DNA of 64,000 nt from Bdellovibrionales bacterium. GTDB taxonomy: Bacteria; Bdellovibrionota; Bdellovibrionia; Bdellovibrionales; UBA1609. Below the pieces are notes generated by a model, which was not told the origin of the DNA, did no database searches, and saw only the letters and a program-made list of their open reading frames with translations. Location of the stretch: assembly GCA_965226095.1 (NCBI GenBank), contig OZ245336.1:1143867-1207866 (forward strand). The letters are read 5' to 3'. How positions within the stretch are numbered: the stretch's first letter is position 1; each line of letters opens with the position of its first letter. The position numbers were made by a program, and so were the translations under genes. Shown piece after piece: positions 1 to 10,156 of this stretch.

Positions 1-760
1 CATTAGGGTGAATCCCATCATTTAAATTCAAATGAGCTTTCATAGCCACTTTCTTTAATAAAAAAGGTATAAATTCCAACTTATTCTTTTTAGCCAATTC
101 AGAAAAAACCTTTTTAAAATTCCTGGAATAAGCAAAACCATAGTTGAGGGGTATTTGCATGCCAGCCAGAATGACTTTTACTCCACTGTCTAATGCCCAA
201 CTAATAGCCTCCTGTAAGTTCTGCTTCATAGCATTCAAGGATAAACCCCTTAAACCATCATTAGCCCCTAGAGCAATCATCACCAAATCCGGCTTTTGAT
301 CCAGTTGTTCAAAATGTTTTTTTAATCGAGCGAGTGCTCCGGCAGAAGTGGATCCGGAAATGCCTCCATTAATTATTTTAACTCTACAATCCTGAAATTT
401 TTTATTTAAACTCTGTTCCACCAGTTGTGGAAAAGCTTCTGTTCTTTGGATGCCGTAACCCTCTGTCAAAGAATCCCCTAAAATCAACACTGTCCTAGTT
501 GTATATACCGGTTCTATAAAGTTCTCCTGTTCGTCTGTTCTACCAGAATTTATATCATCCGGTTTATTTATTATTTTAGAAAACATATTTGAAAGATACT
601 TTTTTACAATCTCAATCCAATCTGAAAGCACACTGGCCTGTATAGTTTCTATATGTGAAGAATTTATTCCCACAAATGCAGTAGCACTCATTTTTCTGGA
701 ATAACTCACAGAACAGACAATACAAACAAATAAAGAGAGAGATGTAAGATATCTTAGCAT
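1..760 (-). CDS. tesA: Arylesterase / acyl-CoA thioesterase I (SGNH/GDSL hydrolase), 3' end runs off the window
   Basis: Translated by hand from ATG 760: MLRYLTSLSLFVCIV...VLILGDSLTEGYG...NGGISGSTSAG...ALGANDGLRG...DGIHPN. All four SGNH blocks are present. Not in the ORF track because the stop is outside the window. Confidence 0.9.
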   Translation of the reverse strand, partial: MLRYLTSLSLFVCIVCSVSYSRKMSATAFVGINSSHIETIQASVLSDWIEIVKKYLSNMFSKIINKPDDINSGRTDEQENFIEPVYTTRTVLILGDSLTEGYGIQRTEAFPQLVEQSLNKKFQDCRVKIINGGISGSTSAGALARLKKHFEQLDQKPDLVMIALGANDGLRGLSLNAMKQNLQEAISWALDSGVKVILAGMQIPLNYGFAYSRNFKKVFSELAKKNKLEFIPFLLKKVAMKAHLNLNDGIHPN

Positions 761-815
761 ACATTAAAAATGATTACTGATTTTTAATAAGAAGACAACA
801 GAAAGTAATTAGAAG

Positions 816-2903
816 TTACTGAAATGCAGCCTCACACCTGTTGCCACCACGGCGTTGATTGTTTCTATTAAGGAGTTTAATTAGATTTTCGTTATTACTT
901 TCTTCAGCCAGTTGAAGCGCAGTCTTGCCTTTTGCTATAGCTTCAGTATGAACACCCTTTTCCATCAGAAGACGAGCTATTTCCTCATTAAAATTGTATG
1001 CCGCCCAGTGAAGAGGTGTATTCCCTGCTGAATCTCTGACATGCACATTAGCTCCTTTATCCAGTAAGCGCTTCGCCATATCAGTTCTATTGTATTCTAT
1101 CGCCCAATAAAGAGGGGTTCTACCTTCTGAATCCCTGATATGCACATCAACACCTTTTGCTAAAAATAGATTGAACACTTTCTCACTCCCACGCTCTATT
1201 GCTAAATGCACGGCCGATTTATTTCCAAATAAATTTCTTGTAGCTACATCGATACCTTTATTCAAGAAAAGTTGAACCACTTTGTCACTATCGCTCTCTA
1301 CTGCCAATCGGAACATTCTTCTACCGCTTGCCTGTTTGGTATCTACAACGATCCATTCTTTATCAATTAAAATTTGAACCAATTTATCGCTATTACGCCT
1401 TATTGCCCAAGCCACAAAAGTTTCACCTTTTGAGTTTGTGACATTTGCATCAGCTCCATGTTCCAGTAACAGTTGAGCGATACTTTCATTGCCTTCTTCC
1501 ATTGCCAGTTGAAGAGGTTGAGCATATCTTTTTCTACTATATGATGTTTCACTATTTCTGGAACTGGAAACAAAGGGGGGTATCTTAAAAAGAATAGGAC
1601 GATGACCATATTGGTACGTAACATTCGGACGAGCACCATTTTTCAGCAAAAGGCGAACCACTTCTTCATTATCATTTCTTACTCCCAGTTGAAGAGTGGT
1701 TACATTGTCACCATTACTATTTCCTGGTCGGACGCTGTTTATTACTTTTACTCCTTTTTTTAATAAAAAATCAGCCATTTGAATATTATCGTAATCTACT
1801 GTCAAATTCAGGAGAGTTCTCTTAAAGTATCTAGCACTTAGACTTATTCCACTTTCAACTAAACGCTTAAAATCTTCAAATTTATTATTTTTTACTATAT
1901 ATAACACTCTGGCTTTTTCAAAAATTTTTAGAACCGATGCGCCACGTTCCTGTACCAAGTCTATAGGGGTTGCACCTTCTGAATCTTTGGCATAGATATT
2001 CGCTCCGGCTATAATTAAAGACTTGGTTGTATTAATATCTGTAGTTGCAAAATAATGTAATGGAGTCCTGCCTCTTGAGTCCTTGACATCTACACGAGCA
2101 CCCTTATCAAGCAAGGGTTGAATCATTCCCACTACATTATGTTCCATTGCCAAATGCAATGCAGTTTTATTTGTTGAATCTCGAGCATCTACATCTGCAC
2201 CTTCTTTAATCAACATTTCACCCATGTGAACTCTATTCTCTTGTACTGCTAAATGTAGTGCAGTTTGACCTTTTGAGTCCTGAGCATCTATATTTGCCCC
2301 ACTTTTGATCAGAATGTCACCTATATCAACTCTATCGTAGAGTACAGCCCAATGAAAAGGTGTTTTATCGCTAATGTCTTTAGCATTCACCTTCGCACCC
2401 TTATTCAGCAAAAGTTGTACTAACGATTTTTTTGTATAGCCAGAAGGATAATTAATTCCCATAATCATATGAAGAGGTGTTCTGCTTCTTCCACTAAGTT
2501 CTCCAATGCTTACATCTGCACCGCGCTCAATGAGAAATACAGCAGTTGCAAATTTATTGTATTGCATTGCTAAATACAACGCAGTTTTGCCTTCTGAATC
2601 TCTAGCGTTTATATTAATTTTTTCACGTACAAGATAATGAACTATGCGTAAAGTAATATTACTTTTAACAAATTCCGATTGTCTGATTGCCAAATGGAGA
2701 AGAGTACTTCTATCAGAGGCCCTAATGGCATTTATATCTATATCTCCACTTTCAAACATAACATCAGCCTGAAGGTACTGTTCATGTTTGATAGCATTAA
2801 AAAGATCTTTAATATTTACATCTAATGTCTGAGCTTGTGTAATAGCAGACAAAAAAATTACAAATGAAAAAAATATATACATTAATCGCCATTTGAAAAA
2901 CAT
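816..2903 (-). CDS. Secreted ankyrin-repeat protein (many repeats)
   Basis: Repeated G-x-T-A/P-L-H-x-A...GADV/IxAxD motifs and a hydrophobic N-terminal signal. Start moved from 3005 to ATG 2903, which has an AAGGTG RBS. Confidence 0.9.
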   Translation of the reverse strand: MFFKWRLMYIFFSFVIFLSAITQAQTLDVNIKDLFNAIKHEQYLQADVMFESGDIDINAIRASDRSTLLHLAIRQSEFVKSNITLRIVHYLVREKININARDSEGKTALYLAMQYNKFATAVFLIERGADVSIGELSGRSRTPLHMIMGINYPSGYTKKSLVQLLLNKGAKVNAKDISDKTPFHWAVLYDRVDIGDILIKSGANIDAQDSKGQTALHLAVQENRVHMGEMLIKEGADVDARDSTNKTALHLAMEHNVVGMIQPLLDKGARVDVKDSRGRTPLHYFATTDINTTKSLIIAGANIYAKDSEGATPIDLVQERGASVLKIFEKARVLYIVKNNKFEDFKRLVESGISLSARYFKRTLLNLTVDYDNIQMADFLLKKGVKVINSVRPGNSNGDNVTTLQLGVRNDNEEVVRLLLKNGARPNVTYQYGHRPILFKIPPFVSSSRNSETSYSRKRYAQPLQLAMEEGNESIAQLLLEHGADANVTNSKGETFVAWAIRRNSDKLVQILIDKEWIVVDTKQASGRRMFRLAVESDSDKVVQLFLNKGIDVATRNLFGNKSAVHLAIERGSEKVFNLFLAKGVDVHIRDSEGRTPLYWAIEYNRTDMAKRLLDKGANVHVRDSAGNTPLHWAAYNFNEEIARLLMEKGVHTEAIAKGKTALQLAEESNNENLIKLLNRNNQRRGGNRCEAAFQ

Positions 2904-3182
2904 AGAAATCACCTTTCTTCTTTGAATAAAATTTTGAGCTTTCAACCTTGCTACTTTTGCTTGATAATAACTAAATGCCAAGTATAAAAACCTCAGCAAA
3001 AACACTGCAAATATAACATAATTATAATTTAAAATAAAAGAAATTATATATGAGTGAAAATATTACACACTCAACAAGCTTATCTATTTATTGCATTAAA
3101 GAATCTTATAACAACTTAAAAATTAGTAAAAAATGGAAGAAAGTCAAATTTTATTGATTATTGAATCCTTCATTAAATTAAA

Positions 3183-4253
3183 TCAATTTAATTTCAGATA
3201 TCGCATAACATGGCTATGAGGTTGATTTAAACTTTGTTCCAAAGAATGGACAAATTGCATTTCAGCGCTATCATTTTCCAAAACAAATTTTATGTTATTA
3301 AGCACTCTTTTAAAATCAGCCACTTTTTCCTCTAAAGAGTTGTTATGATTATTTTTCGCTTGAGAAACAGGTGTAAAATTAAAAAAAGCCCGTAAACCAT
3401 AATGATCTGATAAATTGATTCCATTGTATTTTTTCGGAAAAACATCAATATCCACAGGATGAATAGACATTCTTGAAGAAGGCTTAAATAATATATAATC
3501 TCTCACCTGTCCACCAAAGAGAGTATTAAGAATGTCATAACTGCTATCTTCACACCAATGAGTACAAAAACGCTTCTTGTTTATTTCTTCATAAGGATCT
3601 TTCAACCTAAGCAGATGTTTCATCATATTAAATTCAAGACTTTCCGGTGAAAAATTCAAATCCCCTCCAACAATAAGAAGTGTATCCCACCAATCAGGTT
3701 GATGTAGTATTCGCTTCAAAATGAACAAAATTTGGCGGACTCTGGTTTGCTGTGCCATATGATCTAAATGTAAGTTCAATATCAGTAAAGTATTGTGATG
3801 TAAGTTTGGATGATGCAATTGAGCTACTCCAAAGCCTTTTTTCACAGATTGAAAAGATTGGTAAACAAAGTTAACCACTGTATTTTGAACATCAGGGAAA
3901 TATTGCATCTCCACATCGACTATATTGCCTCTAAATACACCTACTAACCCACTTGTTTTATCGTCATCAGATGTACCAAAGTAAGCACTGGTCATATTCA
4001 ATTCACTGGATAAACCCGATAAGTTATTGTAATGCTCTTGATCAACAACTTCCTGCAATAAATTAATGTCGCAGGCATCGTTTCTTAAAAAATTCAAAGT
4101 CTGTTTATGTCTCTCTGTTAAATTATCAGCATAAAATACTCCGTAAGTATTCAATGTTTGAACACATACATTTTGTTTGGTTTGAACTTCAGTAATGAGC
4201 AACTGTTCAGCACAAACAAAAAAAGGAATAAATAAGAAAATATATTTTTTCAT
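3183..4253 (-). CDS. Secreted endonuclease/exonuclease/phosphatase (EEP) family protein, sphingomyelinase-like
   Basis: TLNTY, LLQEV, NLHL, GGDLN, RDYI and SDHYGL motifs; short signal peptide. Confidence 0.8.
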   Translation of the reverse strand: MKKYIFLFIPFFVCAEQLLITEVQTKQNVCVQTLNTYGVFYADNLTERHKQTLNFLRNDACDINLLQEVVDQEHYNNLSGLSSELNMTSAYFGTSDDDKTSGLVGVFRGNIVDVEMQYFPDVQNTVVNFVYQSFQSVKKGFGVAQLHHPNLHHNTLLILNLHLDHMAQQTRVRQILFILKRILHQPDWWDTLLIVGGDLNFSPESLEFNMMKHLLRLKDPYEEINKKRFCTHWCEDSSYDILNTLFGGQVRDYILFKPSSRMSIHPVDIDVFPKKYNGINLSDHYGLRAFFNFTPVSQAKNNHNNSLEEKVADFKRVLNNIKFVLENDSAEMQFVHSLEQSLNQPHSHVMRYLKLN

Positions 4254-4269
4254 AAAAATCTATAAAAAA

Positions 4270-4611
4270 TTATTTTATATGGAGTTCTTTTTCTACCAAG
4301 ATAGCAAAAACAATAGAAGATACAATAGCCATAAAGCCCAGAAAAAACATAGCACCAACAATAATTAAAAAAGCACCTGTCAAACGACCACCTACAGTAA
4401 CCGGAGCGATATCTCCATAACCTACAGTGGATACCGTGCAAATACCCCACCAAAGAGCATCCCAATAACTTTCTACACTATTATTTAATTCTTTTTCAAA
4501 ATGAAAAAACACCCAGGCACCAAGGCACATAATCAAGTTACCCAACAAAACAAAACCTATCAATGAACGGGTTTTTATCAGTTGTATTACCTTGGTAAAA
4601 ACATAAATCAT
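4270..4611 (-). CDS. Minimal two-TM potassium channel (KcsA-like pore only)
   Basis: TM1 - pore helix YWDALWW - filter TVGYGD - TM2; 113 aa. Confidence 0.9.
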   Translation of the reverse strand: MIYVFTKVIQLIKTRSLIGFVLLGNLIMCLGAWVFFHFEKELNNSVESYWDALWWGICTVSTVGYGDIAPVTVGGRLTGAFLIIVGAMFFLGFMAIVSSIVFAILVEKELHIK

Positions 4612-4917
4612 ATTGAAATACCCCCTTAGGTATATAAAAATTAAAGGCTTTTACTAAAGGGCCTATTAAAAAATATGATGTCAACACAAAACACATTATG
4701 GTATGCTTTTTTTATTATTACTATTACTGCCTGCATTAACTTAGTTTTAAAAAAAATCACCGTTTTTAATCTAGGCCTTGGTTCTGGTTCTGAGACACGC
4801 GATGCATATAAATAAAAGTATTCTACTTATTTATATAATATATATTATACATAGTTGAGAATCTTGGAGTCACTCCAAATTTCTTTATACTTTATAGACT
4901 GAAAGGAAATCTTAGTT

Positions 4918-7449
4918 GTGAGAGATGTATTTACGCCTGCTACTGAGGAGAAGGACACCCAAACAAATATTCCTTCAGACACTCAGACACAACAAACATC
5001 CCCTACTCAGACAGAACAACAGAAAGACATAATAAATACTGATACCAACTCTACACTTCCTGCAGAATCCTCAAAAAACACATTTGAAAATGGCCCTAAA
5101 ATTATGCGGGTCAAAAAAAGAAACGGTGATTTGGAGCCGGTCGATGTCACTAAAATTATTAATGTTGTCTTAGCCTGTGCCTCGCATTTGAAAGAAGTGG
5201 ATCCAATGAGAGTCGCTACTAAAGTGATTAGTGGTCTATTCGACGGAGCCAGTACCAAAGAACTGGATAAACTATGTATACAAACTGCTTCTTCGCTGAT
5301 AGGAGAGGACCCTAACTATTCCAAATTAGCTTCCCGTCTTATGGCTCGATATATTGACGAAGAAGTGCAAAATCAAAATATACGGAATTTTTTTGAGTCC
5401 ATTAAGGTGGGTTACAAAGGTAAACTCATTTCAGAGCAAAGTTATAAATTTGTGAAAGAACATAAAGAAGCTTTAAATATTATTGTGGATAAAAACAGAT
5501 CCATTAAATTGGAATATTTTGGTATTCGTACATTGTATGATCGTTACCTGCTTAAACATCCAAACACCAGAGAGGTGATAGAAACACCTCAATACTTCTT
5601 CCTGAGGGTAGCCTGTGGACTATCCAATTCTTTTAAAGAAGCTAAAGAATTCTATGAGCTTATCTCTCACCTGGACTACATGCCCAGCTCCCCTACCTTA
5701 TTTAACTCTGCTTCCAACCGACCTCAGCTTTCCTCTTGCTACCTTCTGGATTCCCCAGTAGATGATTTATCAGCCATTTATGACAAATATAAAGATGTTG
5801 CCCTGCTGTCCAAATTTGCCGGTGGTATTGGTTTATCTTTCACTCGTATTCGATCCAGAGGCTCTCTGATTAAAGGAACCAATGGACACTCCAAAGGAAT
5901 TGTTCCGTTTTTAAAAACCATGGATTCATCAGTAGCAGCGGTTAATCAGGGAGGACGTAGGAAAGGTGCCGCCTGTATTTATTTAGAACCTTGGCACGCG
6001 GATATTGAAGAATTTTTGGAGTTGAGAAACAACACCGGTGATGAAAACCAAAGAACTCATAATTTGAATTTAGCCAACTGGATTCCCGACCTATTTATGA
6101 AAAGAGTGGAAGAGGGTAAAATGTGGTCTCTCTTTGATCCTAAAGAAGTCCCTGAACTAGTGGATAGCTTTGGTGATGATTTTGAAAAATATTATGAAAC
6201 TGCTGAACAGGAAGGAAAAGCTGTCCGCCAAATCTTGGCCAGAAACCTCTATGCTCGTATGATGAGAACTTTGGCAGAAACCGGTAATGGTTGGGTCACA
6301 TTTAAGGATCACTGTAATAAAAAATCCAACCAAACTTTAAAAAAAGAGGATAATGTTATCCATTTATCCAATCTCTGTACAGAAATTTTGGAAGTGACTT
6401 CTAAAAATGAAACAGCAGTTTGCAACTTGGGATCCATTAACATCAGCAACCACTATCACCCTGAGACAAAAGTAGATTGGGGAAAATTAAAAGATACAGT
6501 CGAAAAAGCAGTTACCTTTTTAGATCGAGTTATTGACATTAACTTCTATCCTATTAAAACTTCTGCCAGCTCAAACAAAAAATGGCGCCCCATAGGCTTG
6601 GGTCTAATGGGGCTACAAGATCTATTTTTTAAATTGAACTGGTCTTTTGAATCCAAAGAAGCCTTGGAACTTTCCAATAAAATTCAGGAAGAAATTTATT
6701 ATCACGCTTTAAATACTTCTTGTTCACTCAGTGAAAAAGCAGAAGCGCACCCCGCTTTTCAGGACACTCGCGCCAGCCAAGGGGATTTGCAGTTTGATTT
6801 ATGGAATATTCAACCCAGTTCACAAGAACGATGGGATCAACTAAAAACCAGAATTAAAAAGTATGGATTGAAAAATTCCCTTCTGATTGCTATTGCACCC
6901 ACAGCCACTATTGCCTCTATCTCTGGCGTTTGTGAATCTATTGAACCACAAATATCCAATTTATTTAAAAGAGAAACTTTATCCGGAGAATTTATTCAAA
7001 TGAATAAATATCTTGTAGAAACGCTGAAAAAAACAGGCTTATGGACAGATAAAATTAGAATGGCTATTAAAATTAATGAAGGCTCCATTCAAAACATTCC
7101 TGATATTCCAGACAGCATAAAAAGAATTTACCGCACAGCTTGGGAATTATCGCAAAAAAACCTTATTGATTTATCAGCTGGCAGAGGTCCTTTTATAGAT
7201 CAAAGCCAATCCCTTAATCTGTTTATTGAGAACCCCTCTATTGGAAAACTCTCCAGTATGTATATGTATGCTTGGAAAAGGGGCATCAAAACAACATATT
7301 ACTTGCGTTCACGTCCAGCCACCAGTATCAGTAAGGTAACTATTGAATCTTCTGATGACACTGTTGAAGCAAAAGACCAACTTTCCGATGCTTCACAGAA
7401 CGAATTAAAAAATTTGGAAAACCCTGAAATTTGTGAGGCCTGTCAATGA
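4918..7449 (+). CDS. nrdA: Ribonucleoside-diphosphate reductase class I alpha subunit with ATP cone
   Basis: ATP cone VKKRNG, SPTLFN, LSSCYL, SNLCTEI, APTATI, KTTYYLR and C-terminal CEAC; GTG start with AAGGA RBS. Confidence 0.97.
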   Translation: MRDVFTPATEEKDTQTNIPSDTQTQQTSPTQTEQQKDIINTDTNSTLPAESSKNTFENGPKIMRVKKRNGDLEPVDVTKIINVVLACASHLKEVDPMRVATKVISGLFDGASTKELDKLCIQTASSLIGEDPNYSKLASRLMARYIDEEVQNQNIRNFFESIKVGYKGKLISEQSYKFVKEHKEALNIIVDKNRSIKLEYFGIRTLYDRYLLKHPNTREVIETPQYFFLRVACGLSNSFKEAKEFYELISHLDYMPSSPTLFNSASNRPQLSSCYLLDSPVDDLSAIYDKYKDVALLSKFAGGIGLSFTRIRSRGSLIKGTNGHSKGIVPFLKTMDSSVAAVNQGGRRKGAACIYLEPWHADIEEFLELRNNTGDENQRTHNLNLANWIPDLFMKRVEEGKMWSLFDPKEVPELVDSFGDDFEKYYETAEQEGKAVRQILARNLYARMMRTLAETGNGWVTFKDHCNKKSNQTLKKEDNVIHLSNLCTEILEVTSKNETAVCNLGSINISNHYHPETKVDWGKLKDTVEKAVTFLDRVIDINFYPIKTSASSNKKWRPIGLGLMGLQDLFFKLNWSFESKEALELSNKIQEEIYYHALNTSCSLSEKAEAHPAFQDTRASQGDLQFDLWNIQPSSQERWDQLKTRIKKYGLKNSLLIAIAPTATIASISGVCESIEPQISNLFKRETLSGEFIQMNKYLVETLKKTGLWTDKIRMAIKINEGSIQNIPDIPDSIKRIYRTAWELSQKNLIDLSAGRGPFIDQSQSLNLFIENPSIGKLSSMYMYAWKRGIKTTYYLRSRPATSISKVTIESSDDTVEAKDQLSDASQNELKNLENPEICEACQ

Positions 7450-8444
7450 TATTAGACCCTGGTTTTGAACTGACTTTACGACCTATGAAATATCCTGTTT
7501 TTTATGAAATGTATAGAAATGCCATTAAAAATACCTGGACCGTCGATGAAGTGGATTTCAGCCTGGATACTGTTGACCTCAATGAAAAGCTCAGCAATAG
7601 TGAAAAATTTCTCATACAAAGGCTGGTGGCTTTCTTTGCTACAGGTGACACTATTGTAGGAAATAACTTGGTGCTTAACCTCTATAAACATATTAATTCA
7701 CCGGAAGCCCGTATGTACCTGGGAAGGCAACTCTATGAAGAAATGCTCCATGTGCAATTCTATCTAACTCTTCTAGACTCCTACATTCCTGATCACAATG
7801 AAAGAGCTAAGGCTTTTTCTGCAATCAATGAAATTCCATCCATTAAAAAGAAAGCGGACTTTAGTTTTAAATGGATAGATTCCATAGAAAAACTGCGACA
7901 ACTCAATACTTTAGAAGATAAAAGAAAATTTTTAATGAATCTAATATGCTTTGCCGGAGCTATTGAAGGTCTATTCTTCTTTGCCGCTTTTGCCTATGTG
8001 TATTTTCTACGATCTAAAGGTTTACTAAACGGCCTGGCCACTGGTACAAACTGGGTCTTTAGAGATGAAAGTTATCACATTGACTTTGCTTTTAAAGTCA
8101 TTGAAGTGGCACGCAAAGAACAGCCAGATATTTTTCATCCAGGGATGAACAATATGATTATAGCCATGTTCCATGATGCCATTAATTGTGAATTGGCTTT
8201 TGCAGACGAAATTCTACAAAGAGGAGTAGTAGGGTTAAGTTTTAAAGATATGAAAACATATCTTCAATATATTTCTGATCTACGCTTAAAAGAGTTAGGT
8301 ATTGCTCCCCAATTTAGGGTACGCAACCCCTTTAGCTTTATGGAACTTCAGGACACTCAGGAACTAACCAACTTTTTTGAAAGAAAACCTTCTGCGTATC
8401 AAGTTGGAATTAAAGGAAAAGTTTCCTTCGAAGAAAATTTTTAA
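7446..8444 (+). CDS. nrdB: Ribonucleoside-diphosphate reductase class I beta subunit
   Basis: Di-metal ligands FFATGD, EEMLHVQFY (radical Tyr), IEGLFF, RDESYH, and TNFFE; ATGA overlap with nrdA. Confidence 0.96.
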   Translation: MILDPGFELTLRPMKYPVFYEMYRNAIKNTWTVDEVDFSLDTVDLNEKLSNSEKFLIQRLVAFFATGDTIVGNNLVLNLYKHINSPEARMYLGRQLYEEMLHVQFYLTLLDSYIPDHNERAKAFSAINEIPSIKKKADFSFKWIDSIEKLRQLNTLEDKRKFLMNLICFAGAIEGLFFFAAFAYVYFLRSKGLLNGLATGTNWVFRDESYHIDFAFKVIEVARKEQPDIFHPGMNNMIIAMFHDAINCELAFADEILQRGVVGLSFKDMKTYLQYISDLRLKELGIAPQFRVRNPFSFMELQDTQELTNFFERKPSAYQVGIKGKVSFEENF

Positions 8445-8457
8445 ATGAATATACATT

Positions 8458-8958
8458 ATGAATGTTAACCAATTTTACTACACAAACAAAGTCCTAGGCA
8501 TTTCTTCATTCATTCGTCCTAAACACTTACGCTTTGCTTATTCACTGAATACAACTCATTATTCATATACATCTGCTAGCAGTACACAAAAAAAAACAAT
8601 TCTATATTTTGCTGAATCTTTAAATATAGAAGGTAAAACAATCATCCAAAAAATCAATCAAGCCTTGAAACAACCTGATTATATCCTAATAGAAATAAAA
8701 AATATAAAACCTACTCCCTCTTTATTTAAAAATTTACTTACTCGTTTCTCGCCACAAGGGTTTGTCATATTTGGTTCTCAGCTAGCTGAACACCTGATTA
8801 TAAAAAATAAAACACTTGGTAAAATAAGATACTGTTGTGCTGATAAATACATTGATGGATGTATTTTATCTACTGTTAAAAATTACCAGGGAAATTCCGA
8901 AGATGTACAAAAAAGAAAACAAGAAGGATGGTCACACTTAAAGTCCCTAGCTGAATAA
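8458..8958 (+). CDS. Hypothetical protein, possible DNA pol III psi / degenerate UDG-like fold
   Basis: 166-aa ORF 13 bp after nrdB; LGISSFIRP near the N-terminus, FVIFG strand, RKQEGWSHL C-terminal helix. Confidence 0.55.
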   Translation: MNVNQFYYTNKVLGISSFIRPKHLRFAYSLNTTHYSYTSASSTQKKTILYFAESLNIEGKTIIQKINQALKQPDYILIEIKNIKPTPSLFKNLLTRFSPQGFVIFGSQLAEHLIIKNKTLGKIRYCCADKYIDGCILSTVKNYQGNSEDVQKRKQEGWSHLKSLAE

Positions 8959-8967
8959 AATAAACAC

Positions 8968-9253
8968 CTATTGTTCACCTTGCGTAGATAAATACTCCTG
9001 AGATATCCTCTCAAAAACATCAGCGCTTTGAAAGATAAAAGCCAAAGAAGCCTCTTCTGGATTCGCTCTAACTTCAGGAGTATTTGATAAAAAAGTGTAT
9101 GTAAATCTTAGATGGCACATTCGTGCTACTATAGTGATTTTATTGAATCAGTCAAATCGCACAAATGGTATTGTAAATTTTACATATTCAAACTGTATAG
9201 TTCTTACACTTGTCTCTTGCTATTAAAAATAAAATTAAAAATCACTTTTTCAT
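8968..9253 (-). pseudogene. Possible decayed gene for a small exported protein
   Basis: ATG directly abuts the xer stop (TAA-ATG) and reads MKK*FLILFLIA with stops. A 50-codon open frame (9120-8968) lies in another phase. Confidence 0.3.
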
Positions 9254-10144
9254 TTAATTTTTTATTTTTATTCCAGATAAAGGATGATGGTGTGCAATAG
9301 TTTTCTGCAAGTGTTCCTGTTTAACAGAAGTATATATTTGTGTTGTTTGAATACTGGAGTGTCCCAATAAAAACTGAATACTCCTTAAATCAGCCCCATT
9401 TTCCATCAAACCCGTTGCAAAGCCATGACGAAATTGATGAGGACTTTTCACTTCATTAAAACCAGCTTTTTTAGACCAGATTTTTAACCATCTCCATATA
9501 TCTATACGGGAAGGACGCTTTCCTCTATTATTGATTAGTATAGAATAGTTTGTATGTTGATTGAGCAAAAGGCCGCAGCGATAGTGAGTAATGTATTCAT
9601 TAAGTTGCTTATAAAGCATGCTGGTTAATGGCAAAAGTCTTTGCTTATTTCTTTTACCAGTGACAGTGATCGACCGATCGATCTCATTAATATTTTGTAA
9701 ATTAAGTTGAATAATTTCACTGATACGACAACCTAATCCAAAGAGTAACATTAATGTAATTCTATTTCTGGCACTACGACAAGGGTCTTTTGTTTCAGAA
9801 GCTTCAAGAATAGATTTAAATTCTTTTACAGAAATCAATTTTGGTAATTTTTTATTGTTAATAGGTACTGGAAGCAGTTTTTTTAATTGAGTTTTTTGCC
9901 CTTTTCTTTCTAAAAAAGATAAATAAGAACGTACACTGCTAATCACTCTGGCTTTAGATCGAGAACTCAAACCTTTTTTATCTATATATTCATAAAATAA
10001 AGACACATTTTTATTTTTAGTTAGAAAATCCTGATACAGATTTAAATCTCTTTTATATGCCGCTAGAGTATGAGGAGAATATGAAGCATTGATACTTAAT
10101 TCTTCAAAAAACAATTCCACCCTATTTTGTGTTATCCTCATCAC
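9254..10144 (-). CDS. xerD: Site-specific tyrosine recombinase XerD/XerC
   Basis: SPHTLAAYKRDL, GCRISEI, GKRNKQR, HQFRHGFAT and LLGHSSIQTTQIY (R-K-H-R-H-Y set). XerD versus XerC is not firmly resolved. Confidence 0.85.
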   Translation of the reverse strand: MMRITQNRVELFFEELSINASYSPHTLAAYKRDLNLYQDFLTKNKNVSLFYEYIDKKGLSSRSKARVISSVRSYLSFLERKGQKTQLKKLLPVPINNKKLPKLISVKEFKSILEASETKDPCRSARNRITLMLLFGLGCRISEIIQLNLQNINEIDRSITVTGKRNKQRLLPLTSMLYKQLNEYITHYRCGLLLNQHTNYSILINNRGKRPSRIDIWRWLKIWSKKAGFNEVKSPHQFRHGFATGLMENGADLRSIQFLLGHSSIQTTQIYTSVKQEHLQKTIAHHHPLSGIKIKN

Positions 10145-10156
10145 AATATAATAAGT

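Noticed and set aside
4616-4665. Two small hairpins upstream of the K+ channel, one covering the RBS, as a riboswitch
   Set aside because: Stems are short and no recognisable aptamer motif is present.
4828-4855. dif-like sequence TATTTATATAA-TATATA-TTATACATAGT containing a perfect 16-bp palindrome (4834-4849), about 4.4 kb from the xer gene
   Set aside because: Almost all A/T, so the match is cheap; the XerC arm is poor; strand bias does not visibly switch here. It also does not fit the NrdR-box consensus.
9254-10144. Tyrosine recombinase as a prophage or island integrase
   Set aside because: Size and motifs are those of housekeeping XerC/D, with no phage genes or att repeats nearby.
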